This document shows, in pieces, positions 24,292 to 38,316 of a stretch of 64,000 nucleotides of DNA. The stretch is from Perkinsus chesapeaki ATCC PRA-425. Its lineage: Eukaryota; Protista; Perkinsozoa. The stretch lies in the NCBI GenBank assembly GCA_013115145.1, contig JAAPAO010000052.1, positions 37,869-101,868 of the forward strand, in the 5' to 3' direction. The stretch's first letter is position 1, and every line of letters begins with the position of its first letter. The translations under genes and the position numbers were made by a program. The notes under the pieces were generated by a model, which worked only from the letters and a program-made list of their open reading frames with translations, made no database searches and was not told where the DNA came from.

Positions 24292-25160
24292 TCAACTGCT
24301 GCTACTACCCCGAACACCACCACCACCTTGTTGTTGACCACGTAGTTGTTCTATAGCCTTCTCAGCTTTCTCCCGATATGCCTATACTACTACAGTATAT
24401 TATTGTATTAGAATGTTGTTGTTACCTTTTCCTCCTTTAATGCTGTCTCTAGTGGTACTATAGCACGCTTGATCTCATCTTGTACTAACCTCTCTACATC
24501 AGCTGATGTCATGGATAAACATGATGATGGTGAACCCAATACTGATGATGACTTTGCTCTATGACTTGATGATGATGATGATAAAGTAGCAGTATAAGAT
24601 GTACCCCTACTAGATGCAGTACTACTATGACAAGAATAACAACCTAATAAAAGTCATGTTAAATACAACCATGCATACCTTACTTGAGCAGATGTCTCGA
24701 GACCCAGTAAGATACGAACAAGATGATGCTAGACTACTTGCTGATGATGGATAATTATAAGATGATGATGATGACGCTGTACTGGTATGATCGGTTACTG
24801 TATTCCCTATATATAACAACAATACTACTACAGTAATCAAATATACCAAGTATTACCTCTACGTGGAGTAGTTGTTATTGTTTTTATTGGCCTTGGTGGT
24901 GGTAATGATGATATACGTCTATTAGACGGTATATTCCTCTTCCTTATACCATTAGACAGCACAGCCTATTATTATATTACCATACCTTATACCTTTATTA
25001 TTACCTTATCCCCTCCTTGCTGTTGTTTTCTTTTCATTGACTCTATTGCTGCAGCCACTCTTGAGGCTGCTATGGATGATCTTTTAGATGCTATCTTTTC
25101 CCATTGTATACGTTGCTGCCAGAATTGATGATCTTCATTAGGACGTCTCATATCTATTAT
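24292..25160 (-). CDS. Low-complexity/coiled-coil coding segment (separate gene, or 3' extension of the RRM gene)
   Basis: Exons read DMRRPNEDHQFWQQRIQWEKIASKR..., LSMTSADVERLVQDEIKRAIVPLETALKEEK and AYREKAEKAIEQLRGQQQGGGG...*. Confidence 0.45.
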
Positions 25161-25317
25161 TACTAATAACTATTCCCACTACTACTACTATCACCACCAC
25201 TCCCATCTAACCCAAGTATTAGGTATAACATGATGAAACAGCAACAATAACAACCGTAGTACTGGATAATGCAGTAATGAAGCAGTTAATGGAGGCGATA
25301 TAACACTAATAGTATTA

Positions 25318-28292
25318 TCATCGATGTGAGCGTTGTTGCTGTTGTTGCCTTGTTGTTCTCGGTGATCCTTCCCTCGCTCCCCCTCCTTGCGGCTGCTTTC
25401 TTCTCCTACTATCTTTTCTATTACGTCTAGGTGATAATGTTGTATTATCAATATATGGCGTACCATAATAATATTCACTATCTGAGCAGTATGTAGTATC
25501 ATCATCATCATGCTCTATATACCTAAGTAGCTACAGTAATAACAACCCTACTACTTCCTATCCCCCCCTACTCTTGTGGCACTATCCATGTAACATTAGT
25601 ATCCCGTTCAATAGATGGACTCCTCCTATCTGATGATGATGATGCCCCAGACCTATTACTCTATATCACCCGCAACCAACATTATTATATATTACTACCC
25701 ATAACGATAATGTCGTTGTTGTTGTTGTTGCTGTTTAGCAGGACTAGTACTATATAGATTACCATAGGTATTATCACTGTCTGGTGGTGGGGGTGGAGGG
25801 GGTGGTGGTTGCTGCTGCTGTTGGCCTGGTGTATATATCTAATAATCCTATCTTATACCCCGTTATATTATATATTACTACTACCCCTGTACCATATCCT
25901 CCTCCTAATAGCTGTGGTTGTTGACCTATACCCATCCCTCGACCCTAACCCACCATAACAATAGTAATGATCATCCGACCTACTACTACTACCTCCCCTG
26001 GTGGTTGATGCTGTCTTCTAGGCTCAAGTAACTTAGCAAAATCAGCACGTATTGATGAGTTTGCTATTCGTCTGAGATATGTCATTATTATGCCTAGTAA
26101 TAGTAGTAGTATTACATCTTAGCTATATCATCAACAGCTCTCTCAGCAGTCTCATTATCTTCAAAAGTAACATAACCATAAGCCAGTACACCATTCCTAT
26201 ATAAACTACTACTATTATTATCCCTTTATATTATGTATATTACTTATCCTTATGTAACCTTAATGACATCACCTTACCAAAACCCTCTTCTAATGCTTCA
26301 CGTATAGCATCTTCAGACATACCATCATGTAGATTACCAATATATATCCTTGGTGTCTGGCCACGAAGATGCTCGTTATTTTGTATCTAACACCACTATT
26401 ATCTGCAGGTACAGTGGTTCTATGGTATTATCACCACCTGCATATGCTTATCCTGTGCCCAATCTAACCTTACTCTATTACGGCCTAGTATCTTATCACC
26501 AGCAAACTCATCAACGGCTCTTTCAGCATCATTATCCCCTTCAAACCTAATCGTATATATTTACCTTCTATTAACCATATCAATACTACCGTATATGAGC
26601 GTAACACATTTGCCTATATGATCCTCTACGTAATGCTATCTGACTTATGTGTAATGTAGCATCCCTTTCAAAGAACTAACAACAGCGTATTATTATTATT
26701 ACCATACTACCTACTACTATTACTACCTCCTTAATATCTTGTTCGGTAACCTCAACAGGTAGATTACCAACAAAGAGTGTATGGACAACATCAGGCTTCT
26801 TGTCAGGTGAGGGTTTATAACTATAATAATAATATAGTAAAAGCCCTAGGTAAGAGAGGCATGTGTCTTATTATTACGGATGATGTAAATAGCCCATATC
26901 CTCTACATAATCTACTTTAGTCTTAAGCTCATGTTCAGGCTTATCTCCAGCTATATCTAATACCTCACCATTTAATGATTTAACAGCAGCATCAGCTGAT
27001 TCCTCATCACCGTACCTATTCCCGCCATATATACTATATTATCCTATTTGTAGATTACTTTATATATGCAAACCCTTTAAGGGCTACTAACTTCATACCA
27101 TCTACTTTACCATAACGTGACATAATATCATATAGTTCATCATCAGTAATAGCATTAGGTAATGATCCAACCCATACAGTAGATGATCCTATTATCCATC
27201 CATATTATATCTTATCCTATATATCAACCTTATACTACCCTCTATCTTATCTCTAGGCTCAAAGTCATGGGTATCACTGTCTGCACGATGCAGGGATGAT
27301 CTACTAACTCCTTTACCTATAGGTAAGGGATAATATTGCTATACATGGGTATTAGCAATATTACTACCTCCTCTACCACTCCAGGATGATCTACCACGAC
27401 CACCATCACCACGCCATCTATTTGTTCTATTTGAATACCACTCTTCCCCTTCATCATCATCTCTACCCCTAGACCTATGATAACGGTCTCTACCACCAGA
27501 CCGATAATCCCTAATACTGGATAATAAGGAGGAGTCTATGATGAAGTTACCTGCTACGACTACGGCGTCTAGATGATGATGGTGGTGGTGATTTACTATT
27601 ATCATCATCCTTATCATACCACCGAGAACTACCCTCTCTACCACGACGGTGAGACCCTATCCAACACTTCAAGTATAATACCATATTAATATTGTTACCA
27701 TCATTTTTCCTATCCTTTCGGTCATCATCGTCATTACCATGACTACCACGATGACTAATATGATAGTATATAATACTATATATTATATTATTACTCTATA
27801 TGTGCCTCGTAGCTGGCATGTATACCACTGCCACTACGCCTTTTAGGTTTATCATCATAGTAACTACTACCAACAGCAGTATCATCTTTATCATTACTAA
27901 TATATCAATGTATCGTCCCATCCCTAACTATATCATTACCTTTCCTTTTTATACCATTCCTCTTCTTTATTATCATCCTTACGTTGTCGTGTTCTTCTCC
28001 TATCATCATCATCCCCATCCCTAATTAACACTATATTGTCCGTCTATACTACTATCATTACCCCTCCTGTCTCCTCTTATGCCCCCTACTATCACTATTA
28101 CTATCTGTTGCACTAGGTGCTGGGGTTAATGTAACCCCACCTTGCTTAGATTGAGCCCCCCTCTGTCCACCACTCTGCACTAATATCATACCACTATATA
28201 ATGTTATATATTACCTTCTTATCAGGGGAGGACGATCGGCTACTAAGCTTAACTGCCTCCTTAGATGATCGCCGTTGATTCCTAGGACCCAT
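25318..28292 (-). CDS. RNA-binding protein with three RRM domains, an Arg/Asp/Ser-rich N-terminus and a Pro/Gln-rich tail
   Basis: RNP2/RNP1-like segments: TVWVGSLP...KGFAYIK; TLFVGNLPVEVTEQDI...CYAHIRF; GNLHDGMSEDAIREALEEGFGKV...VTFEDNETAERAV. Confidence 0.75.
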
Positions 28293-28416
28293 CACAACAG
28301 CAGCAAGCAACTGATATCGACAGAATACCAAGATCTCACCAACTTGCTCTCTTAGATTTCCTCAACGATACACCGTTGCGAACCTCTGAAATGGCCCGGT
28401 TAGTGTAGGTGTTAGA

Positions 28417-30893
28417 ATGGCAGATGATAATAAATGGTTGATATTAAAGGCAGTGGCAGAGGCTTCTAGATCGGACCCATTACTTAGAGATGAGATAGCT
28501 GCATTAAGGTAAGATTTAGGATATAATAAAGGTTAATGGTGGTATAGGAGGGATGTGATAGGAAATGAAGGTATAAGGGTAGAACAGGATAAGGATGGGT
28601 AATGGGGTTAATGATACGGGAAGGATATATAAGGTATATTATAGATATGACGAATATAATACAAGCGATAGTAGTAGGGGACATACTACGCCTTATATAG
28701 CTACTAAGGTAGTGGATAACATTGAGGAGTATAAGTATCCTATAAGGGAGGCTGAGTAGGAATAATATATTATATATTATCATAGCCCTTATAGGTTTAT
28801 AACAGTACCATCTTTAAGGGCCATACTAGGTCTACCGGCAACAGCAACGAGGAGAAGGAAACAACAACAACGATCATCATCTAGGTTATCAAAAAGTAAA
28901 GCCTTTCATAGAGCCACATCACCACCACAAAGCAGTAGGATGAGGAGGTCTACGATAGAAGGTAAGAGGTAGTGTAGTAGTAATAATAATATGTAATAGG
29001 ATCGTAGGAGATAAGGTAATAAGGAGGCATAAACAGCCACAGCAGCCACAGCAACAGCCAAGGTCATCTAAGGTAATAGTTTATCTGGCTACTATGATGG
29101 TGTGTAATGTTTAGGAACTAATGTCTATAGCATTACGGGAATGTGGTTTAAAAGATGTACAGTGTACTTGGGATGGTATAAATAGATTATCACCGATACA
29201 TGTAATGGTTTATACTGATATATTATATTATAATGTAGGTAGAGGAACCATATAGGACATTTAAGGAGCAACGTGACAGCTGTGCTAGACTAGCTGGTAT
29301 AGAGGAGGTTAATCCTAAGTAATAGTATATAGGTTATTACCATTATATTATTATACCATAGAACATCTAAACTACTTATTAAATCACTACATAACATTGG
29401 TACATCACTATCTCCAGGAAGGAGCTCTAATAAAACAAAGAATACTCAAGTGGTGGGACCAGCAACAAGGCATCAGCAGTGTACTAGGAGTATTAACAAA
29501 TGTAATTTAGAAAAGCATCTTTACTCTATATTGATCTTATTAGCTCCTATTACAGTACTAAACCATACTACTGGTAATATACAACATCCTAAGCTAGCAT
29601 ACACTAGGAGGGTAGTATAGTATAGAGTATTGTATAATTATTATTTATTAGTCTATTACTAGTACTACTACTACACAGTCTATTGGTGGTATATCATCAT
29701 CAACTATACCAACAGCATTATCAGCAGTAGCAGCTGTATATCATAACCGTCCATTATCAGCTATACCGTTATCCAATGGTTAATAGTAATATATTATTCT
29801 ATTATATATGTTATATTAGATACACACTGTACAACCCGCCTTCCCCGCCTCCTACAATCATCATCTAGTATACCTAATCGTCCATATAGTGCACCGACAT
29901 ATGGGAATATAAGAGAGGAGGAAGAGGATATTACACACCTGTCATCATGCTCTTCATCATCGTCTAGTTGTGATGTTATTGATGAGTAAGGTTACCCTTT
30001 TATGGTGGTATAGATGGGTATTATGTTAGGGAGAGTAAGGATGATGGAATTAATATACAGGGGCAAGGAAAAGGGGCAAGTAGAGGGGATAGAGTAGCCA
30101 GAGTATGAGGATCTAATATACTTGTATTTATTTAGACTATATCAATGTTACCACAGTACAGTAGAGTGGTGGATAGAGAAAGGAAAAGGAGGAGGGATAT
30201 AACTAATATTATTGATAATGCATTGTTAATAAGGAGATCACAATTATGGTCTATGTAACTGATACAGTAGTAGTAATAATAATAGTAGTATTATTATATA
30301 TAGGTATCCAAGTAGTGTACATGATACATTATATACTATATTACAGGATGCTATTATATATCATATCAAGTAGTAGCAGTATTAGTAGTAGTAATAGCAG
30401 TTAATATAATACATAGGTTAAATAATAATAAGCATCCTACACCATACTGTTATTCAGCAGTACATACTATTAATAAAGAGCTATCACCATTAGCCCGTAA
30501 CCTATATAATAATGGTATAGTATTAAATGAAGCTGGGCTGGAGGAGGAGGAGGGGAGGTAATAATAAGTATGTAGAAGGGGGGCTAGTAGTGTAGGTTAC
30601 TACCACTACTACCAGAAGGATGTGGAGGGAGAGGGCTGAGAGGAGGTGTAGAGGAATGTAATAATGATATAATATCATTATTGGATATATTGGGTATACA
30701 ACATACAGGATATAATGAAGGTGATATAGTTAGGATAATATTGACCATTATTATCGAGTATTATAGGTACTACTGGAGGACAGAAGGAGAAGAGGAGGGT
30801 TAGGAAGAAGAGGAGTTTTAGCCAATTAGATTACAAGATGAAGCTAATGAGGAAGGTCCTAAGTGATAGTAGAATAGTAGGACTATCATCATA
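28417..30893 (+). CDS. Hypothetical low-complexity/helical protein (multi-exon)
   Basis: [31 protein letters not shown]; [19 protein letters not shown]; [33 protein letters not shown]. Exon chain incomplete. Confidence 0.4.
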
Positions 30894-31051
30894 ATAATAC
30901 CATGCTGCTGCTGTGGCTGTGGCCTTACTTATCTTGTTACATGCTTCCTATTACTCTATATTGTGTTATAGTGACTCTCATAATCACTTTAGTTTTTTGT
31001 GACGTCCTCCTCTACTACTCTAGTCGTACCCCTGCTACTGCTGCTGCTGTT

Positions 31052-32718
31052 ATGAAGTGTTTAATCCTTGTTGGTGGTTATGGTACTAGACTAAGACCCC
31101 TTACATTAACAAGCCCTAAATCATTAGTACCATTCTGCAACTTACCTATTGTTGAACATCAGATAGCTGCTGCAGTACTATATATATTCATCATACCACT
31201 CCTTTGTATAATCATAACCATTTTAGGTGGAATGTGGTGTTAATCATGTTGTATTAGCTGTTGGTTTTCAACCAGAACATATGCAACATGCATTAAAGGA
31301 AATGGAAGCTAAATATAATGTTAAGATAACATGCAGTATTGAGACTGAACCATTGGGTACAGCTGGACCTGTAAGAACCTGTCTGTTGTGTATATTACAA
31401 CTATATCTATCAATATACCCTGCCTCAGTTATACCTTGCCAAGGATATATTACTATCTGATGATGAACCTATATTTGTTTTCAATTCGGATGTTATATGT
31501 GATTTCCCTTTAAAGGATTTATTATCCTTTCATAAAACTCATGGTAAAGAGGGTACGATTGTAGTTACTAAGGTAGAGGATCCATCCAGGTAATAGAAGC
31601 ATTATGTATACAACTACAACAACAACTCGACCATATTATTATTAATAGTAGGTTCGGTGTTGTTGTGTATGATGAGACTAGTGGTAAGATAGAGCGTTTT
31701 GTTGAGAAGCCTAAGGAGTTTGTTGGTGACAAGATTAATGCTGGCTTGTAAGCTGTTGTTGTTGCTCAACTATAACAGGACCCTATCACCTCATTATTAG
31801 GTATATATTAAATAATTCAGTTATACAGAATAGAGTACAGCCTCGGTTTATGATGCTTGAAAATGATGTATTCCCTCAAATGGCAGCTGATGGTGAATTA
31901 TATTGTTATCAATTACAAGGGTACTACTATTAGTGATGCCATCAGTACATACGTACGTAGTATTATTATTTAATAATAGGTATTGGGCTGATATTGGTCA
32001 ACCTAAGGACTATCTTAGAGGTATGAGTATGCATCTTAATTACTTATCACATAAGAACGATGAAAGAAAGGTAACGCACGTCGTCTTCAACGCTCCCGTG
32101 ATATAAGCTATGCGCACGCGTGCAAGGGAGGGGGCGATGGGTCATTGTTGTTACATGGTGCCATGCCTTGTATTATTGTTATTTAGGCTAAACCGCATGA
32201 AGAGCTTATACGGTCATTACCTGGTATAGATATAGTTGGCAATGTAATAGGTTTATTATACCCTTATTATTATTAGATTATATTTATAGGTATTAATTGA
32301 TCCAAGTGCTATGATAGGTGAAGGGTGTAGATTAGGTCCTGATGTGACCATTGGACCTGGGGTTATAATAGGCAAAGGATGTCGTATTAAGAATAGTGCT
32401 ATTATGGATGATGCTATGGTAGGCTTGTTGTTTACTATTATTATTATTTGTTTATTATTATGTTATCAGATATCTGACTATGCTACTGTATTTGGGTCTA
32501 TTATTGGATGGAAAACACGAGTAGGCAGTTGGACTAGGGTTGATCCAATGACTGTTGCTGCTGAGAGTGTAATACAAGAACGTTGTTGTTGTTGTTGTTA
32601 TTGATATTATATATATTAGGTTGATATTAAACCAGAGTTGTATATTAATGGTGCATTCCTTTTACCATTCAAGGCTATTAAGGAATCAGTTACTAAGAAT
32701 GGTGAAGTGATTATGTGA
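31052..32718 (+). CDS. GMPPB: Mannose-1-phosphate guanylyltransferase (GDP-mannose pyrophosphorylase)
   Basis: [52 protein letters not shown]...[16 protein letters not shown] and a C-terminal hexapeptide region ending GEVIM*. Confidence 0.93.
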
Positions 32719-33133
32719 ACATTAGTAATGGTGCGGAATAAGTCTATAACAAATCATTAGGCTATATATACTCGATATTAGCATCATCATCATGCAACAA
32801 CCTTTTATTATACTTCAAGTGATAACTATACCAAATCATCACCATTATATTCATCATCATCATCATTGTTGTTGCTGCTGCATTGTGATCCTTATTGTTG
32901 ATGCTCCTATTGTTGATACTGCTTAAATGTCTATGTTGTTGCGTTATTATTCCATTATAGTACAGCGTCGTCGTCGTCTTTACTCTTATTACTTTTGTCT
33001 CTAGCTAGTTTAAGAGAATATAATTTGCACGCAATCCCATTGTGTTACAAGATAGCTAGCTTTGTCCCCTTTTTTACGGTTAGGCTTGTTCCTCTTCTTA
33101 CCCTTAATTTCCTATTATTTTGTGCTGCCATCC

Positions 33134-33853
33134 ATGAAGGCTATTTTGTCGCTCTGTTTGGCCACGGGTGTTGTACTGGCTGATAATTCAACAACTAATA
33201 GTGGAGAAGTGACAACAGCGCCCAGGACAGGTGCATCCTCCACTACTTTAGCTCCGGTAACAACAACAAGAACAACCCCTGTTCCTACTACTACTCCTCC
33301 AGCCCCTGTGATGTATTGTCCTGCTGGATGGTGTCGTGATGTACAATGGTTCCCTGGTAGCCCATGCATTACACCTGATCCCACCGTTCTTGGTCCTTGT
33401 TGGGATTCCTATTGTAAGGCTAATGTTGTGTTCCCAACATCTGTCCCTACTGGTAGTATTATTATCGATCCTGGTCAGGATAAGGGATCATACTGTAAAT
33501 CATGGCAAATACCTGCTGGACGTGTATGTTATGGTAATGATACCGTTTCATGTGAGTGTGAATCCTTCAACTCTACGACTCCTGTAACAACTCTACCTGG
33601 TACAGAGCCAAATGGATGGGCACCAGCAATAAACTGTACATATCCTACGCCTACTACTACAACAACAACTCTGTCACCAACTTGGAATCCTTATGATCCC
33701 AATGATCCGAATAACAATAATGGGGATAATGATGGCAACCGGACTCCTCCAGTAGTTCCTCCTGCTAATGATGCCTTCAGTCTTTTAGGCAGCAATACCC
33801 TCTTAACTACGGCACTAGCTACCATATCTATCCTTGCTATTTTATTGCAATGA
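33134..33853 (+). CDS. Intronless secreted, probably GPI-anchored, mucin-like Cys-rich surface protein
   Basis: Signal peptide MKAILSLCLATGVVLA, Thr/Pro-rich stretches, a Cys-rich core (CPAGWC...SYCKSWQIPAGRVCYGNDTVSCEC) and a hydrophobic tail (TALATISILAILLQ*). Confidence 0.8.
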   Translation: MKAILSLCLATGVVLADNSTTNSGEVTTAPRTGASSTTLAPVTTTRTTPVPTTTPPAPVMYCPAGWCRDVQWFPGSPCITPDPTVLGPCWDSYCKANVVFPTSVPTGSIIIDPGQDKGSYCKSWQIPAGRVCYGNDTVSCECESFNSTTPVTTLPGTEPNGWAPAINCTYPTPTTTTTTLSPTWNPYDPNDPNNNNGDNDGNRTPPVVPPANDAFSLLGSNTLLTTALATISILAILLQ

Positions 33854-34589
33854 TAATGTAAGTTTATTATGATAGCTGTTGTCTTTTGTATGTTATGGTA
33901 ATTACGATTATGATAATATTTAGAGCTATGTTGTTGTTGATAAAGATTATTCCTAACATACTATATAGAAGAAGAGTGGTATAAATGAGTTAGTTCCCTC
34001 CAGCAGTTATCCTTCTCCTAAGCTCTAATGTGAGCTTAGTGTACTGTTATTGTTGCTATTGTGATGATCGTGTTAGTATGGCCATTACTAATCATCCACT
34101 TAGTCCCAAACGGTTTTTGTTTGGTATTTAAGTGCTTGTTGGTGCCTTGACTATTATTTCCTTTGGATTAATATTACAAGGGATGATGGAAATACTATCA
34201 GGATGATCTTTCAGTATTCTCCAAGTCTATGATTGACGACAGGTGAGTTGGTAGTAATCACTACTACCATAACATAAATGATAAATAGCGTGACGACAGC
34301 AGCAGCAGCAGTAAAACAGCAACTGTTGTGATTTCATCAGTACTACATTTAAAACTGTTTCTCATTACTGTTCTTTCCTCTCTGTCATCATCATCCATTG
34401 ACCATATTGTTTATTGCTGTTAAATTCTACCGTATCTACTGCTGAATCACAGTTATTGTGTTAAGTAATATAAGGGGATGCTTTGGAGATAGAAGGTATA
34501 TAAAAGTAACTTGTTAACTCAACAACATACTAGCATTCCATTATACCATGTCATTTACCATAAGACAACAACATGTAATCATTGAGTGA

Positions 34590-35343
34590 TTACACTCCTA
34601 TAGCAGCAGCACGAATGGCATCACTGCTCTCTGGTCCTTCCAATGCTCTCTGATGAATATAGTGTAATAAGTATATTTCCAATTAACTCTTAAAACTTAC
34701 CATCATCTCAGCATGAGCTTCCTTAGCTTGACGTGGCATTGTGTTAAGGTCGGCAAGATACCTATATACATCATAATCCCATATACATATTGATAACATT
34801 ATATTCAAACCCTACCCCTTCTCGCCTTCTTCAGCCAAATGAGTAAGGTCGTCTTTAGCAGCCTCCTCCCATCCACTCATACCAGATATAGTGCCACGAA
34901 GAGCATCTATAAAATCATTAAAGCCCAGAGATGCTGCATTAGTGGTTGCTTACCTTCATCCTTCTTAAGTCTTTTCTCGAAGCTTCTTCCAATCTGATAA
35001 AGTCATAACTCTTCTTCCTAGTGTTACTATTCCTCACCTTATTGAAGTCAATTTGTACAGGGTTAATATGGATAAGGCCTGGTAGATAATGCTCATCTCC
35101 TCCTTTGCCTTTTGATAATAAACCCTTCTCTTTTAAGACATGCATAAAGTGTCCTCTACGAAGCTGGTTATGTTGATGATGTTTTGCTTCATGGTGATGG
35201 CTGTGATGAGAGGTAGCTGAGGTCTCCGTGGCAATGGTAAGCCCAGCAATGATCTACAACACAGCAGTATGTTATCCATTGTAATATCAGCTGCTACGAT
35301 GTGGAATACTTACAGCAAGGATATAAACACGAGAGAAGGTCAT
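34590..35343 (-). CDS. Small secreted protein with a His-rich N-terminus
   Basis: Spliced MTFSRVYILA|IIAGLTIATETSATSHHSHHHEAKHHQH...|IGRSFEKRLKKDE|DALRGTISG...AAAIGV*. Confidence 0.5.
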
Positions 35344-35493
35344 CGTTAATAAAGGTGATAATAAGGTGTGGTGGTAATAGCTAATAGGATATTACTTATT
35401 ATTGACAATAAAACAGTAATAAGCGTAGTAAGAAACTTTGGCACGCAATAATGTGGTCATCACAATATTATTATTAAGGTATTTAAGATAGAT

Positions 35494-36765
35494 TTACTCG
35501 TAGTGTGGACGACTACGGTCAGTACCGTAGCGAACTTCACGGTATTGCTGTTGTTGTTGTTGACCAGCTTCGATTCTATCAATCTCCTAAACATTAATAA
35601 TAGTGATGACATTATATGATAATGTAGAATACCTTTTTAATGAGATAGTATCCACCACCAGCTATACCACCGTATATAATACCAAGGAACGATACGACGA
35701 CAGCTGCAGCAGCACATAGAACTAGTAGGAAATATACAATACCTGTATATAGATATAGTGTATAGATAGTAGTAGTAATATAGGATAATAATACCTTCTA
35801 ATATACCAGGACCATATGATGTAATAACATAAGGTAGAGTAGTAAGGAATGCTCCTATAGCAGCTACTAAACCAACTGTTAAATTCATTATATACCTATA
35901 ATAAATAGCTCTACTACTATATATAATAATACCACTCTTATTACTGGAATATAGTCTGTAATATCATAGACATAACAGTTTGATCTCTAGAATCACCTCC
36001 AGCAGCTATGAATAAAGCATCCCACAGTGTCCAGTGTGATGCCATATCCTTTCCAGCATTCCATGACTAAATCAAATAACACTTTATTATTAATAGTATT
36101 ATTATAATAATACATCCCAGAAATCCTTTCTCATATCATTAACTGCATAAGTAGACCATAACCCAACTGTCTTCTTACCATTAAGCTGACCATAATAATA
36201 ATACCACATACTACTTCGTTATACTACTAATAATACCTGTAGCTCGTATATTTTAGATTCCACTACAGCTTTCTGGTCTTTAAGATCTTGTACTCTTTCA
36301 TAATTCTTTTTACATTCATCATTGCATGTAAACCAACCTATATTATAATACCATTAATATATTATTATTAAATAGTATCACCTTTGCTATTATAATAGTC
36401 CCTTTCTGCCATATCTAGCTTGTGTAATACTGTTCTATATTGTTTACCTTCTACAACATCAACATGTTCTAATGTCTTATTGTATCGCGCAGCTGTTAAA
36501 GGATCAACATGTAAACCAGTACCTTTAATATATATAATAAAGTAGATATTATAATAATAACAACAACATTACCAAACAATGCAACAATTAGCCCAATAAT
36601 ATACATAGATGATATTATATAATGTTTCTAAGGTAATATCAAATACTACTACTATTGTTATGTTTATACCTTCATAAACTTGAATCCAGCATTAGCAGCC
36701 ACTGACACTATACTATCGTTGGTATTCCGCCTTGACCTACTTTGTTGTACAGCAGTACCAGACAT
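35494..36765 (-). CDS. Multi-pass membrane protein of unknown function
   Basis: Exons WFTCNDECKKNYERVQ, WNAGKDMASHWTLWDALFIAAGGDSRDQ, MNLTVGLVAAIGAFLTTLPYVITSYGPG and IAYFLLVLCAAAAVVVSFLG, ending RPHYE*. Confidence 0.6.
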
Positions 36766-36975
36766 TATAATATTAGTAATGAACTAACATGAGCATGGGT
36801 GTAGTAAGGCAGTAGTTTAACAACAATAGTAGATGGGTAAGGTTGAAATGTTCTAGTGTTGTTGTTACAGTATAATAGCACAATATAATGACAAAATGTT
36901 AGGAGGAATAGTACACCAGTGAACTGCTGGTGATGATGATGATGATGCTAGACAAAAGGGATATTAAATAATATG

Positions 36976-38134
36976 TTAGTTAACACCCTTTACTTCAACT
37001 ATTCTAAGCGCTGCTGCTAAAGCAAATACCACAACTGTATCAAGGGCACTATGTATCTGATAATAATAACATATATTATATATAGGTTATTAGTATTATT
37101 ATTACAGCTGTAGCTAAAGTAAAGCCAGATATATTAGCATCAGGGCCTTGCTCAGTTTGTATTATCCATATTAGGAATCGTCCAACTAATATTAATAATA
37201 TAAATGCTAATATACCATAGCTTGCTGAGTTGAGTAAAGCCCACACTACTAATATATGATATGAACCATATAATGCTGACCCTAACCAATTAATAGCTTC
37301 CGATGATGACCTTAATATTGGTGTAGGAGATATAGATGATACCATATCAGTAGCATCCCTAGCTGTAGCCTCGTCCATTGGTCTACCTACTTCTATATCA
37401 TTTGTTGGTAGTGCTTGGAATGTTACGAGCCCTGTAGAGCCTGCTGCTGCTGCTGATGATGATGTTTGAGATAATTCCTTTATTAGGAATATACGCCAGA
37501 AGTATTCCTCTATTATAGGGTTAACAAGCATAAAGTATATAGCTAATAATACATCAATAAATAATGGTGTATTTCTCAAACCACCTAAACCAAACTTATC
37601 CAACTGTGATTCATATGATCCTATACATAATACTTGCCACCATCTACCACTACACTGTAACATTAGATATATTAAACTACCGCATAATGTAGTTAATATA
37701 AATGATATGATAGACAAGGGTAAGGTACGATATCCGCTGTGGAGTGTATGTGATAACTCTGATTTAAAATACTCCTTATACCAAGTAAATACCACCGTCT
37801 GCTGCTGCTGGGACTGGGACTGGGTAGTGTTGTTTGTAGTATGTGGTGTTGTTGTTAGTAAGTAAGCTATTGGGCATAATATCATCATACAGTGCATAAC
37901 AAACATAGCTAATATCATATTACGTAATAATAGACCAAATACTATTATAGTAAAGGCTGGTATAAAGCCAATAAGTATAAGCTCAAGTCTAGGCTTAGCA
38001 CGTAGGAATTTACCAAGGCAGAGATAGGATGATAAACCACTAGATTCGATTGGTATAAATTGTGGTAAAGGAGGAGCAGGGTCATCATCATCATCATCAT
38101 ACTGATGAGGAATGGTATTGAGGGATAGTGTCAT
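36976..38134 (-). CDS. CPBP (CAAX prenyl protease/Abi) family intramembrane protease
   Basis: Multiple TM helices, NPIIEEYFWR (EExxxR), YGSYHILVV, and IHSALD (HxxxD) in a short last exon. Confidence 0.75.
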
Positions 38135-38316
38135 TGTCAAGGAACAACTGAGAGAAGTGCGGTATAAATATATATAATGTAACAAACACAATATGTATGA
38201 GTCATAGTAGTATAATCACATAATACTGGCAACAGCATTAGCATCGACAGAAACCATAGATGGGTGCTGTACTACAACAGTACATAGTCATTATATACAT
38301 CATAACAAGATACTAT

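Noticed and set aside
34070-34250. Possible micro-exons downstream of the mucin gene
   Set aside because: Frames are short and interrupted, with no motif.
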